This document shows positions 25,193 to 33,664 of a stretch of 51,618 nt of DNA, piece after piece. This DNA comes from Alphaproteobacteria bacterium (GTDB lineage: Bacteria; Pseudomonadota; Alphaproteobacteria; Rs-D84): NCBI GenBank assembly GCA_017392345.1, contig JAFOVN010000030.1, forward strand, positions 1 to 51,618, in the 5' to 3' direction. Made by a program: the position numbers and the translations under genes. Every line of letters starts with the position of its first letter. The stretch's first letter is position 1. The notes under the pieces are model-generated. The model was not told the origin of the DNA, did no database searches, and saw nothing but the letters and a program-made list of their open reading frames with translations.

Positions 25193-25629
25193 ATTTGCGG
25201 GTTGTTGTCCAGCATGGCGGAAAAGGTTGCGGTTGCAACACGTTTGCCATCTACAAACGCATTTCCAACGAATTTATGCAGTTTCATTTTCGCGCCGACT
25301 TCTTCTATCTTTAATTCCAATGTATCACCCGGGGTGACCATTTGTGTGAACTTTGCGTTTTCAATTGTGACAAAATAGCCGAGCGCTTTACCGCCGTTAT
25401 TGCCGATTGCGTTCAAAATTGTAAAGCATGCGGTTTGCGCCAATGCCTCTACTATCAAAACGCCGGGCATGATTGATTTCGCCGGAAAATGTCCCGCGCA
25501 CCAAAATTCGTCGTCGCGCACATACTTTATACCCGTCGCGGTTTTATCCGTAAATTCGCGAATTTCGTCCACAAGGCGCATATGTCCGCGGTGCGGAATT
25601 ACGCGTTCTATACCCGTTGCATCAACCAT
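25189..25629 (-). CDS. fabZ: 3-hydroxyacyl-ACP dehydratase FabZ
   Basis: ..IPHRGHMRLVDEI...FWCAGHFPAKSIMPGVLIVEALAQ.. is the hot-dog fold active-site motif. The start is set at MVDATG. Confidence 0.9.
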   Translation of the reverse strand: MVDATGIERVIPHRGHMRLVDEIREFTDKTATGIKYVRDDEFWCAGHFPAKSIMPGVLIVEALAQTACFTILNAIGNNGGKALGYFVTIENAKFTQMVTPGDTLELKIEEVGAKMKLHKFVGNAFVDGKRVATATFSAMLDNNPQI

Positions 25630-25646
25630 TTTGTTTCCTTTTGATT

Positions 25647-26690
25647 TTAATCGTTTAAATGTTTTTTTACCCACGCATAGTGGCGCAAGAATTCCGTTCC
25701 CGGCATCGCCGGATAACCCATATGACGCCCACCGTCGGGAATATCGCGGAAAACGCCACTGTTCGCGCCAACTTCGGCATCATTGCCAATCTTGACCCCG
25801 TTTGCGATACCGACATGCCCCGCAAGCAACACACGGTCGCCAACTTTCACGCCGCCGGCGATTCCAACGCCGCCCGCCAAAAAGCATTCACGCCCAATTA
25901 CAACGCCGTGTGCAATTTGGCAAAGGTTATCTATTTTTGTTCCGTCGCCAATCATTGTATCAGTAAGCGCGCCGCGGTCGACACAGGAATTTGCACCGAT
26001 TGACACGCGGTCACCGATAACCACACGGCCGACATGCGGAATAAAGACATTATGCCCGTCTTGGCGGGTATAGCCGAACCCGTCCTTGCCAATTGATGCG
26101 CCGTTGTGGATTACGCAATCCGCGCCGATTGTCGCGTTTTCAATATGCGCACCCGAATGAATAACCGTGCCGCGCCCGATTGTCACATTGCGCCCGATAT
26201 AAACATTTGGATAAATTTTCACATCCGGTTCAATCACCGTGCCGCGTTCAATGGTTGCAAACTGTCCGACATAAACACTGCGCCGATTGCGAAAAAACAC
26301 GCCGCGTTCAATAACCGCATCAGACGACACACCGCGCCGCGGCGGTTCGCGATACACCACCCCAAGAATCTTTACGATTTCGCCGCGCGGATGAGCGCAT
26401 ACCAAAAGTGTCGCACCATGTGGCGCATGCGATGCCATTTCCGGTTGTAATAAAATCACACTTGCGCGCGTATTTTCCAACACGGATATAGGTAAAATTT
26501 TGAAAGCGTTGCTGTTTTGTTCGGTCGAATAGAACGCAATCTGACCCGCGCGCGCATCCGCAATTGGTGCAACACCAGATATGACGGCGTCGGGATTCCC
26601 GCGCAGTTCCAAATCAAACATTTTCGCCAATTCGCCGGCGGTTATTTTCGTCGCGCGTGGCCCAATCAAAGATTTAATTTTTTTCAACAT
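25647..26690 (-). CDS. lpxD: UDP-3-O-acylglucosamine N-acyltransferase LpxD
   Basis: Left-handed beta-helix hexapeptide repeats throughout, an LpxD-type N-terminal domain, and a position between skp and fabZ. Confidence 0.9.
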   Translation of the reverse strand: MLKKIKSLIGPRATKITAGELAKMFDLELRGNPDAVISGVAPIADARAGQIAFYSTEQNSNAFKILPISVLENTRASVILLQPEMASHAPHGATLLVCAHPRGEIVKILGVVYREPPRRGVSSDAVIERGVFFRNRRSVYVGQFATIERGTVIEPDVKIYPNVYIGRNVTIGRGTVIHSGAHIENATIGADCVIHNGASIGKDGFGYTRQDGHNVFIPHVGRVVIGDRVSIGANSCVDRGALTDTMIGDGTKIDNLCQIAHGVVIGRECFLAGGVGIAGGVKVGDRVLLAGHVGIANGVKIGNDAEVGANSGVFRDIPDGGRHMGYPAMPGTEFLRHYAWVKKHLND

Positions 26691-26730
26691 GCCCGCATTA
26701 TAATAAAAAAATTAAAAAAGAAAAGGGAAA

Positions 26731-26777
26731 TTAGTGGGTAGTGGGTAGTGTAAGTGTTAGTGGTTAGTGATTAGTGG
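26731..26777 (+). repeat. Longest TTAGTG-type tract (seven units)
   Basis: TTAGTGG GTAGTGG GTAGTG TAAGTG TTAGTGG TTAGTGA TTAGTGG read directly. Confidence 0.9.
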
Positions 26778-26785
26778 ACAATATG

Positions 26786-26811
26786 AAAAACCGGCGCAGA
26801 TGCGCCGGTTT
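26786..26811 (-). terminator. Intrinsic terminator of skp
   Basis: Minus strand: AAACCGGCGCATCTGCGCCGGTTTTTC, 23 nt after the skp stop. Confidence 0.75.
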
Positions 26812-26833
26812 CAACAATCCCTGAACATGGCCA

Positions 26834-27502
26834 TTAAAACCCTTTTGGGGTGTCCATTTTAACGGTCGAAACCTTTTTATCCAACGCATTGATAACATCC
26901 GCCGTAATATCAAGGTTTTCAACATTTGCACCCGTCCGCGCAAAACGACCATCAATCACCAAAGACAAATTCTTTTTCGCAATTATCGCTTCGATAATCG
27001 GGTCAAGGTGTTTTTCTTGGATTTCAACCAACGCCTTTTGGAACGCGGCATCAACCGATTGTGCGCGTTCGGTCAAATCACGTTGCAATTTTGTGACCTT
27101 GCCTTGGTATTCAACAACGCGACGTTGTAATGCTTCCTGGGAAAGGACGTCTTGGGATTTTTCGATTTCTTCTTTTTCTTTTTCTAATTCTTTCTGTTCT
27201 TTTTCAAGTTCACTACGCAATTTTTCTTCATACGATTCGCGTTGTTTACGCAGGTCTTGCAACGCCTTGGCATCCGCCTGAATCGCATCCATACGAATCA
27301 CCGCCATACGCAGGTCGCCACCGGATACGGCCTCACTCGATATACCATCAATCGCAGATTCCGCACTAACCGTTTTACCTGAAAAAGATTTTACCGCGAA
27401 CAATCCAATAACCGCAACCGCGATTACAATGACCGCCACGATACCAAATTTAACATATTTTTTTGTTGCCGATGCCCCGGCCTGGGTTCCTGTTTTATTC
27501 AT
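26834..27502 (-). CDS. skp: Periplasmic chaperone Skp/OmpH
   Basis: N-terminal anchor/signal and a long charged coiled-coil (LQDLRKQRESYEEKLRSELEKEQKELEKEKEE..). It lies upstream of lpxD. Confidence 0.75.
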   Translation of the reverse strand: MNKTGTQAGASATKKYVKFGIVAVIVIAVAVIGLFAVKSFSGKTVSAESAIDGISSEAVSGGDLRMAVIRMDAIQADAKALQDLRKQRESYEEKLRSELEKEQKELEKEKEEIEKSQDVLSQEALQRRVVEYQGKVTKLQRDLTERAQSVDAAFQKALVEIQEKHLDPIIEAIIAKKNLSLVIDGRFARTGANVENLDITADVINALDKKVSTVKMDTPKGF

Positions 27503-27581
27503 TTTTGCCTTCCTTTTGTTCTGTTGACGGTGTGACTATAACAACAAAAAATAAAAAATAAAAGACAAATTTTTTTGTTTT

Positions 27582-28259
27582 TTATCGAACGGGAGATATT
27601 CTTAATTCCACACGACGATTGGTAAGCCGACCCCATTCATCTTGGGCCGCAATTGGGCGCGCCGCACCGCGTCCGACAATAAACATACGCGATGTTTTTA
27701 TTCCATGTTGCCCTAAGAAAACACCAACGCGTTCCGCCATATCCAAAGAAAACGCACGCGCCGCATTTGTGTCGCGCATCGAATCGGTGTACCCCGCAAT
27801 TTCAATAAATGTTGCGTCGTATTTTTTTAGTATTCGCGCAATCGTTGATAAATTATCATCACCGTCCGCCGATATTTCCGGCGCATTTAATTCCATAATT
27901 GCGTCACGAACCAAGATAACAAGGACATCCGTACCGGCGCGTTGAACCGATAACCCCGGGCGACGCAACGCGTCATAAAGCGCGGTTTCCAATTCCGACA
28001 TATAACCAATACACATCGCCGATTCGTTTTGTGTTTTATCGCCATATTCCATTTCCGCCGATTGCGCGACAACTTCCGCCACCGTTTTTCCGCCCGCACC
28101 TTGGTAAATAGGTTTCTTGGCGGTGCGCGCACTTTCGGTCATATCGGTAAAACTTGCACCACGCAAATAATTGCCCCACGTGGAACGGTCAGGACTTTTG
28201 TATGCCGCACATCCTGTAATCAAAATGAACGATAAAATTGCGGTGCAAAACTTTTGCAT
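27582..28259 (-). CDS. OmpA/MotB-domain lipoprotein
   Basis: Lipobox LITGC when the start is MQKFCTAIL (28259). The C-terminus ..IAGYTDSMRDTNAARAFSLDMAERV...RRVELRI matches the OmpA_C peptidoglycan-binding domain. Confidence 0.75.
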   Translation of the reverse strand: MQKFCTAILSFILITGCAAYKSPDRSTWGNYLRGASFTDMTESARTAKKPIYQGAGGKTVAEVVAQSAEMEYGDKTQNESAMCIGYMSELETALYDALRRPGLSVQRAGTDVLVILVRDAIMELNAPEISADGDDNLSTIARILKKYDATFIEIAGYTDSMRDTNAARAFSLDMAERVGVFLGQHGIKTSRMFIVGRGAARPIAAQDEWGRLTNRRVELRISPVR

Positions 28260-28260
28260 A

Positions 28261-28716
28261 TTACATTCCTGTGAATGATAAATTATTTTCATTTCCCGGA
28301 AAACAATTTACAATTTCTTCGGCACGATATCCGTTTATATAAAATTCCGTTGCCCATGTCGGTATCGCCGCGCCAAAGAATTCGCATTCGCTGCGCGATA
28401 GGCCATAAAGGTTTATTACAAATGTTGTTCGGTCGATTCCAACACCAATATCCCATGATTTGCCAATCGGTGCATCCGGTTTTTGTAGCGCACCGGCCTT
28501 TACCAAATAGTCAACCGATATTCCGGTATAATCACTGCGCATACCCATAAGCATATTTATATCTTTGGCCACTTCGCGCAATGTTGCGGCGGCGATAGTA
28601 TTTTGCTGGTTCCGGCGCACAGAATTATAAATCGCAACCGCACCCGCCGTCATAACCGCGGTCACCGCCAACACACCAATAATTTCAATAAGTGAACGCC
28701 CTGATTCGTTTTTCAT
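28261..28716 (-). CDS. Type IV pilin/pseudopilin-like protein (151 aa)
   Basis: MKNESG/RSLIEIIGVLAVTAVMTAGAVAIY has a short basic leader, Gly at -1, Glu at +5 and a hydrophobic helix. The size is typical of a major pilin. A GGAGGGG SD sits in the 17-nt gap after dnaX. Confidence 0.7.
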   Translation of the reverse strand: MKNESGRSLIEIIGVLAVTAVMTAGAVAIYNSVRRNQQNTIAAATLREVAKDINMLMGMRSDYTGISVDYLVKAGALQKPDAPIGKSWDIGVGIDRTTFVINLYGLSRSECEFFGAAIPTWATEFYINGYRAEEIVNCFPGNENNLSFTGM

Positions 28717-28733
28717 TTTTCCCCTCCACTTTT

Positions 28734-30260
28734 TTACTGTTTTGACACACCGACAATTTCCGCCCCATCAAACAGCGACATTGCATCCGCCACCATTGGG
28801 TCTGATTCCGCCGCCGCCAATTCTTGTTCACCAACAGTTTGATTTTGTTCCGATTTTTCAATCCGTTCAACAACCCAATTTTCGCCGGTTTTATCGTTTA
28901 ACCACCGCACCAATTTCGGTTGAAAATCCGCATCGTTCGCGCGGTCAAAATACGATATGTGCGTGCCGGAAAAATCAGAAACCTCTATATTTTTCGTAAA
29001 GTATGAATAAAGCAACATTTCACGCGCATTTTCCAACGCGTCCGCCAACTCAGACGCCGAACGAATTTCCAATTTTTTGGGTTGCGGAACGACCGGCGCG
29101 GGACGCGGGGTTTCCACCCTTTCGTTTTTCAAAATATCCGGCAACGACGGCATATCCGCAATATGCATTAGGCGAATCACCAACATATCAAAACACTGTT
29201 TCTGATTTGTTGCCGCCGCCATTTCGGGAACAGATGCAACCAAAACCTGCCAAATACGGGAAAGTGTGTTCAAAGATACATGTTTGTTTATTTCATTTAT
29301 GCGTTCGCGTTGGTCGGCGGTGTATGGAACATGATTGCTGTCGCCGGCGCGCAGGACGGGATGCATACGCGTTGCCCAATGGACCCATTCCATCATATCG
29401 GTCATCAGCATTGTTAAATCCGCGCCATTGGTATAAATTTCGTCCGTTTTGGCAAGTGCCGCCGCGACATTCCCGGATAAAATTGTCTGCATAAAATCGA
29501 CAACAACACCGCGGTCCGCGCGCTTTAACATATCCATTACTGATTTTTCATCGACGTGTCCGCCGGTTTGGGCGATCGCCTGGTCAAGCAAAGACAGCCC
29601 ATCACGTACCGAACCATCCGCCGCGCGCGCAAGCAATTCATTTGCCGCGTCACTAAGTTCGACATGTTCTTGTTCCGCAATCCACGCAAAATGTTTTTTA
29701 AGTGTATCAACCGGAACACGCACCAAATCAAACCGTTGGCACCGTGAAAGAATCGTGACGGGGACCTTGCGAATTTCGGTGGTGGCAAGGATGAAAATAA
29801 CATGTGCCGGCGGTTCTTCTAGTGTTTTAAGCAATGCGTTAAACGCACTGGACGACAACATATGAACTTCGTCGATTATATAAACCTTGTACCGACCATT
29901 TGTTGGACGATACTGCGCGGCATCTAAAATTTCGCGCATATTATCAACACCCGTATGCGATGCCGCGTCGATTTCCAAAACATCAATATGTTGACCCGCG
30001 GCGATTGCACGACAATTTTCGCATGTCCCACACGGCGTTGCCGTTGGCCCGTCGGACGACAAACAATTTAACGCCTTGGCCAGAATACGCGCGGTACTGG
30101 TTTTACCGGTTCCGCGAATTCCGGTAAAAATATACGCATGCGCGATGCGCCCCGTTTTAATCGCGGTCGTTAGTGTTTTAACCAAAACATCTTGGCCGAT
30201 AAGAGATTCGAAATCTTGACTGCGGTATTTGCGTGCTAAAACTGTATAACTGGTATCCAT
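28734..30260 (-). CDS. dnaX: DNA polymerase III subunit tau/gamma
   Basis: MDTSYTVLARKYRSQDFESLIGQ..., Walker A FTGIRGTGKTS, a zinc module CGTCENC and Walker B YIIDEVHML. The start is set at 30260. Confidence 0.9.
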   Translation of the reverse strand: MDTSYTVLARKYRSQDFESLIGQDVLVKTLTTAIKTGRIAHAYIFTGIRGTGKTSTARILAKALNCLSSDGPTATPCGTCENCRAIAAGQHIDVLEIDAASHTGVDNMREILDAAQYRPTNGRYKVYIIDEVHMLSSSAFNALLKTLEEPPAHVIFILATTEIRKVPVTILSRCQRFDLVRVPVDTLKKHFAWIAEQEHVELSDAANELLARAADGSVRDGLSLLDQAIAQTGGHVDEKSVMDMLKRADRGVVVDFMQTILSGNVAAALAKTDEIYTNGADLTMLMTDMMEWVHWATRMHPVLRAGDSNHVPYTADQRERINEINKHVSLNTLSRIWQVLVASVPEMAAATNQKQCFDMLVIRLMHIADMPSLPDILKNERVETPRPAPVVPQPKKLEIRSASELADALENAREMLLYSYFTKNIEVSDFSGTHISYFDRANDADFQPKLVRWLNDKTGENWVVERIEKSEQNQTVGEQELAAAESDPMVADAMSLFDGAEIVGVSKQ

Positions 30261-30307
30261 AACGTCTTTCCTTTGCGCAAAGAATAGCAAATGTTTATAA
30301 AAATTCA

Positions 30308-30464
30308 AGTGTTAGTGTTAGTGATTATCCGTCACCGCTGGGTGCGGTGCCGAGACTGCGCCAGGGCTTTGGCCCTGGCTTGGTGTAAGTAGGCTGCGAA
30401 TTGTCTTAATTTCGCCTTTCCGGCCCGTCTTCGTGCGCTTTGCGCACTCCGCCGCGGCACTAAC
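30308..30464. repeat. GC-rich hairpin element of about 157 bp, bounded by inverted TTAGTG/CACTAAC ends
   Basis: The left end is AGTGTTAGTGTTAGTGAT and the right end is GGCACTAAC. The interior carries hairpins such as CCAGGGCTTTGGCCCTGG and GTGCGCTTTGCGCAC. It has no ORF. Confidence 0.65.
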
Positions 30465-30509
30465 AATTTTTAAACCTGCGCTTTTATGGCGCAGGTTAAC
30501 AAATTGTTG

Positions 30510-30586
30510 TGGTGGATGTTAAGGGACTCGAACCCCTGACCCTCTGCGTGTAAAGCAGATGCTCTAGCCAACTGAGCTAAACATCC
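30510..30586 (-). tRNA. tRNA-Val (anticodon UAC), CCA encoded
   Basis: The reverse complement is GGATGTTTAGCTCAGTTGGCTAGAGCATCTGCTTTACACGCAGAGGGTCAGGGGTTCGAGTCCCTTAACATCCACCA. It folds as a canonical cloverleaf, with anticodon loop TTTACAC. Confidence 0.9.
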
Positions 30587-30663
30587 AAACTTTTGCAATC
30601 ATATTTTATATTTTTATGATTGTCCAGATTTTTCTGCGCCCTCCCCTTCGCCGGCGAAGGGGA

Positions 30664-30963
30664 CTATTGTGGTATTGGCATACCCGCCGTGGCATCCGAC
30701 ATAACATCGTCAATCAATGTATCCGCTTTTTGTTTCGCGTCGCGCATCGCCGACAAAACGGCGTTTTCCACCGCCGGTGCGCCCTGGGCCATCAAGGCCG
30801 GATTTATCGTCACGGAATTTATATCGTATTTCCCTGACATATCAACAATGCACGCACCACCGGCGGCAAGTCCCTTGACATGCATGCCACCCAATTTTTC
30901 CTGGGCGGCGGCAACTTTGGCCTGTAATTCGCCCGCCTGGGCCATCAAAGATTCCATATCCAT
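30664..30963 (-). CDS. ybaB: Nucleoid-associated protein YbaB/EbfC
   Basis: 99 aa. ..LMAQAGELQAKVAAAQEKL......AGGG...V...G......V.I.P.. is the typical YbaB pattern. Confidence 0.8.
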   Translation of the reverse strand: MDMESLMAQAGELQAKVAAAQEKLGGMHVKGLAAGGACIVDMSGKYDINSVTINPALMAQGAPAVENAVLSAMRDAKQKADTLIDDVMSDATAGMPIPQ

Positions 30964-30986
30964 TTTATTTCCTTACTTATTGGGAT

Positions 30987-31014
30987 AAAATTCCGGTCGT
31001 GTGACCGGAATTTT
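30987..31014 (-). terminator. Hairpin directly after the pnp stop
   Basis: Minus strand: TAA AAATTCCGGTCACACGACCGGAATTTTAT. Confidence 0.5.
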
Positions 31015-33185
31015 TATTTTTCTTCTTTTGGTTCTTCTTTGGGTTCTTCAACTTCTTTCCCGGTTTTTTGGTCAATTCCAACCATTGAAAACCGTGTTTT
31101 ACCGCGTTTATCGATACCGGTATATTTCACATAAACTTCATCACCTTCTTTAAGGTTCGCATCTTCGATTTTTTTCAGATGCTTGCCGGTGATTTCAGAA
31201 ATATGAACCATCGCTTCAAATCCGCTTAGGATACGGACAAAGATACCAAAATCTTTGACCCCGGTGACCGTGCCGTGGTAAATAACGCCCTCTTCCGGTT
31301 CGGCAACGATTTCTTTTATCTTGGCAATTGCGGCATTCGCATCTTCTTTTGTCACCGCAAGAATCTTGACCGTGCCGTCATCTTCTAAATCAATCGTTGT
31401 GTTTGTATCGCGCGTAATCGCCTGAATCACAACACCGCCCTTGCCGATAACATCGCGAATCTTGTCCGGATTTATCTTTATCGTGTAAAGTTGTGGTGCA
31501 TACTGTGACACATGGTCGCGCGGTTTTTCTATTGCCGACGTTATTTTGCCAAGTATGTGCATACGGCCGTCCTTTGCCTGGGCCAGGGCGCGTTCCATAA
31601 TTTCAAATGTAATGGATGTGATTTTAATATCCATTTGCAACGCAGTAACACCACGGTCGGTTCCGGTCACTTTGAAATCCATATCCCCAAGGTGGTCTTC
31701 ATCACCCAAAATATCGGTCAAAATTGCGTAATCGTCACCTTCTTTAATAAGGCCCATCGCAATACCGGCAACCGGGCGTTTCATTGGAACACCGCCGTCC
31801 ATCATGGCAAGTGTCGCACCACATGTTGTCGCCATAGATGACGAACCGTTCGATTCCAAAATATCGGAACAAATACGAATTACATAATCGAATTCTTTGC
31901 GCGATGGCACCATTGGATGAACCGCGCGCCACGCAAGGTTTCCATGACCAATTTCACGACGACCCGGCGCACGCAACCCCTTGGCTTCGCCAACCGAAAA
32001 TCCCGGAAAGTTGTAATTCAATATAAATTCGCGTTCCGCATCACCGTCCAATGTTTCAAGTGGTAATGCATCCTTGCCACCGCCAAGCGTCAATGACACC
32101 AATGCCTGGGTTTCGCCGCGCGTGAACAATGCGGAACCATGTGCGCGTGGCAACACACCCAATTCGATTTCAATCGGACGAACGGTTTTCGTGTCGCGGC
32201 CATCGATACGCGGCCGACCCGCCAAGATATTCGAACGCATAATGCGCGCGGTGATGTTTTCAACAATTTCGTCCGCGAACGATTCCAATGTCGATGTCGC
32301 AACCACCGTATCGGGGAACATTTCCGGAATCAGTGCCTTTGCCGCCGCATGGATATCGCCCAGTGTTTCAAGACGAACCAATTTTTCCTTAATCCCCAAT
32401 GCTTTTTCGATTTCCGGCGCGAATTGTTCAAAACGTTTTTCCATTTCGACATATTCCGGTGTCTTTTCCGGAATTGCCCAACGTTCTTTGCCGGCCTTGG
32501 CGGTTAAATCATTGATTGCCTTGATAACCGTTTGTTGTGCGTCAAACCCGAATTTTACGGCACCAAGGGTTGTTGCCTCGTCCAATTCGCCGATTTCAGA
32601 TTCAACCATCAATACGCCGTCCTTGGTTGCCGCGACAACCAAATCCATTTCGGAATCTTCAACTTCTTTGGCGGACGGATTCAAAATGTATTTGCCGTTT
32701 TTATATCCGACACGCGCCGCACCGATTGGCCCCGCAAACGGCACCCCAGACAACGCCAATGCCGCACTGGACGCAATCATCGCCAAAATATCAGGTTGAT
32801 TTTTACGGTCATATGAAAAAACCTGGGCTACGACCTGAACCTTGTTCTTAAATGTTTCCGGGAACAATGGACGAATTGGGCGGTCGATAAGACGCGCAAT
32901 CAATGTTTCGCCCATGCTGGCCTTGCCTTCACGGCGGTCACGCGACCCCGGAATACGACCGGCGGACGCAAATTTTTCCTGGTAATCAACGGTAAGTGGG
33001 AAAAAATCCTGGCCTTCGACGGCGGTCTTTTCCGCGCACACGGTGGCCAAGACCATTGTTTCGCCCATCGTTGCCAAAACCGCGCCGGTTGCCTGTTTGG
33101 CCAAGCGGCCCGTTTCCAATTTTAATGTTTCATCACCATACGGTATTTCAACCACAACCGGGTTGTTTAATTTTTTTTCTGACAT
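31014..33185 (-). CDS. pnp: Polyribonucleotide nucleotidyltransferase (PNPase)
   Basis: Two RNase PH domains plus KH and S1 domains (..GTVTGVKDFGIFVRI..), 723 aa with a Lys/Glu-rich tail. Confidence 0.95.
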   Translation of the reverse strand: MSEKKLNNPVVVEIPYGDETLKLETGRLAKQATGAVLATMGETMVLATVCAEKTAVEGQDFFPLTVDYQEKFASAGRIPGSRDRREGKASMGETLIARLIDRPIRPLFPETFKNKVQVVAQVFSYDRKNQPDILAMIASSAALALSGVPFAGPIGAARVGYKNGKYILNPSAKEVEDSEMDLVVAATKDGVLMVESEIGELDEATTLGAVKFGFDAQQTVIKAINDLTAKAGKERWAIPEKTPEYVEMEKRFEQFAPEIEKALGIKEKLVRLETLGDIHAAAKALIPEMFPDTVVATSTLESFADEIVENITARIMRSNILAGRPRIDGRDTKTVRPIEIELGVLPRAHGSALFTRGETQALVSLTLGGGKDALPLETLDGDAEREFILNYNFPGFSVGEAKGLRAPGRREIGHGNLAWRAVHPMVPSRKEFDYVIRICSDILESNGSSSMATTCGATLAMMDGGVPMKRPVAGIAMGLIKEGDDYAILTDILGDEDHLGDMDFKVTGTDRGVTALQMDIKITSITFEIMERALAQAKDGRMHILGKITSAIEKPRDHVSQYAPQLYTIKINPDKIRDVIGKGGVVIQAITRDTNTTIDLEDDGTVKILAVTKEDANAAIAKIKEIVAEPEEGVIYHGTVTGVKDFGIFVRILSGFEAMVHISEITGKHLKKIEDANLKEGDEVYVKYTGIDKRGKTRFSMVGIDQKTGKEVEEPKEEPKEEK

Positions 33186-33222
33186 AATTTTTCTCCATAT
33201 TTATCAGTTTATTTTTTATTCC

Positions 33223-33325
33223 GCGAAGAAAAATTATTCGTTTTTGCATTCCGGGTGCAAAATGCAAGAATGAACAATTCTTTCTTCGCCGCGTGGGATT
33301 ATACGATATTTTTATAGTTTTGCAA
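33223..33325 (-). promoter_or_regulatory. pnp promoter (TTGCAA, 16-nt spacer, TATAAT) plus a long imperfect leader hairpin of about 67 nt
   Basis: On the minus strand, -35 is at 33320-33325 and -10 at 33298-33303. In the hairpin, the outer stem pairs 33223-33231 with 33281-33289 (GCGAAGAAA/TTTCTTCGC). The inner stem pairs 33232-33250 with 33261-33279, with 3 mismatches. Confidence 0.55.
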
Positions 33326-33343
33326 ATAAATTATACACAGATT

Positions 33344-33369
33344 GAAAAACGGTCGGCGAATGCCGACCG
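33344..33369 (-). terminator. rpsO terminator/attenuator
   Basis: Minus strand: CGGTCGGCATTCGCCGACCGTTTTTC, 6 nt after the rpsO stop. Confidence 0.75.
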
Positions 33370-33375
33370 AATTTC

Positions 33376-33648
33376 TTATTTACGCAGACCCAATTTTTTA
33401 ATAAGTTCTTCGTATTTTTCAGGATTGCGCTTTTTGATATACGCAAGTAATTTCTTGCGACGATTCACCATCAACAGCAAACCACGTTTGGAATGTTCGT
33501 CTTTGTGGTTATTCTTCATATGTTCCGTCAAGTTGCGAATACGTTCGGTTAAAACCGCAACCTGAGATTCCACGGAACCACCGTTATCCTTGTCACTGGT
33601 TTTAAATGCGTTTATAAGTTCAGTTTTCTTTGTCTTTGTTATGGACAT
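33376..33648 (-). CDS. rpsO: 30S ribosomal protein S15
   Basis: [16 protein letters not shown]....[50 protein letters not shown].., 89 aa plus stop. Confidence 0.95.
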   Translation of the reverse strand: MSITKTKKTELINAFKTSDKDNGGSVESQVAVLTERIRNLTEHMKNNHKDEHSKRGLLLMVNRRKKLLAYIKKRNPEKYEELIKKLGLRK

Positions 33649-33664
33649 TGTTTTTTCCTTTATC

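Noticed and set aside
26731-26777. Considered whether the tandem TTAGTG-type tracts could be a CRISPR array or a minisatellite-encoded peptide.
   Set aside because: The units are 6-7 nt with no spacers, so this is not CRISPR. The tracts contain stop codons in all three sense frames, so they cannot encode a peptide.
29690-29705. Considered the A-run (CTT AAA AAA CAT on the coding strand) in dnaX as a possible tau/gamma -1 frameshift site.
   Set aside because: It is not the A AAA AAG heptamer. It lies in the N-terminal ATPase half rather than after domain III. The -1 frame runs about 14 codons before a stop, and there is no obvious downstream stimulatory hairpin.
30330-30457. Considered an SRP RNA (ffs), which often lies just upstream of dnaX and near tRNA genes.
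   Set aside because: Neither strand contains the conserved domain IV core (..GGUCCGGAAGGAAGCAGCC..). The closest stretch (GGGCCGGAAAGGCGAAA) diverges at the invariant positions. The segment is made of the same hairpin modules seen at other intergenic sites.
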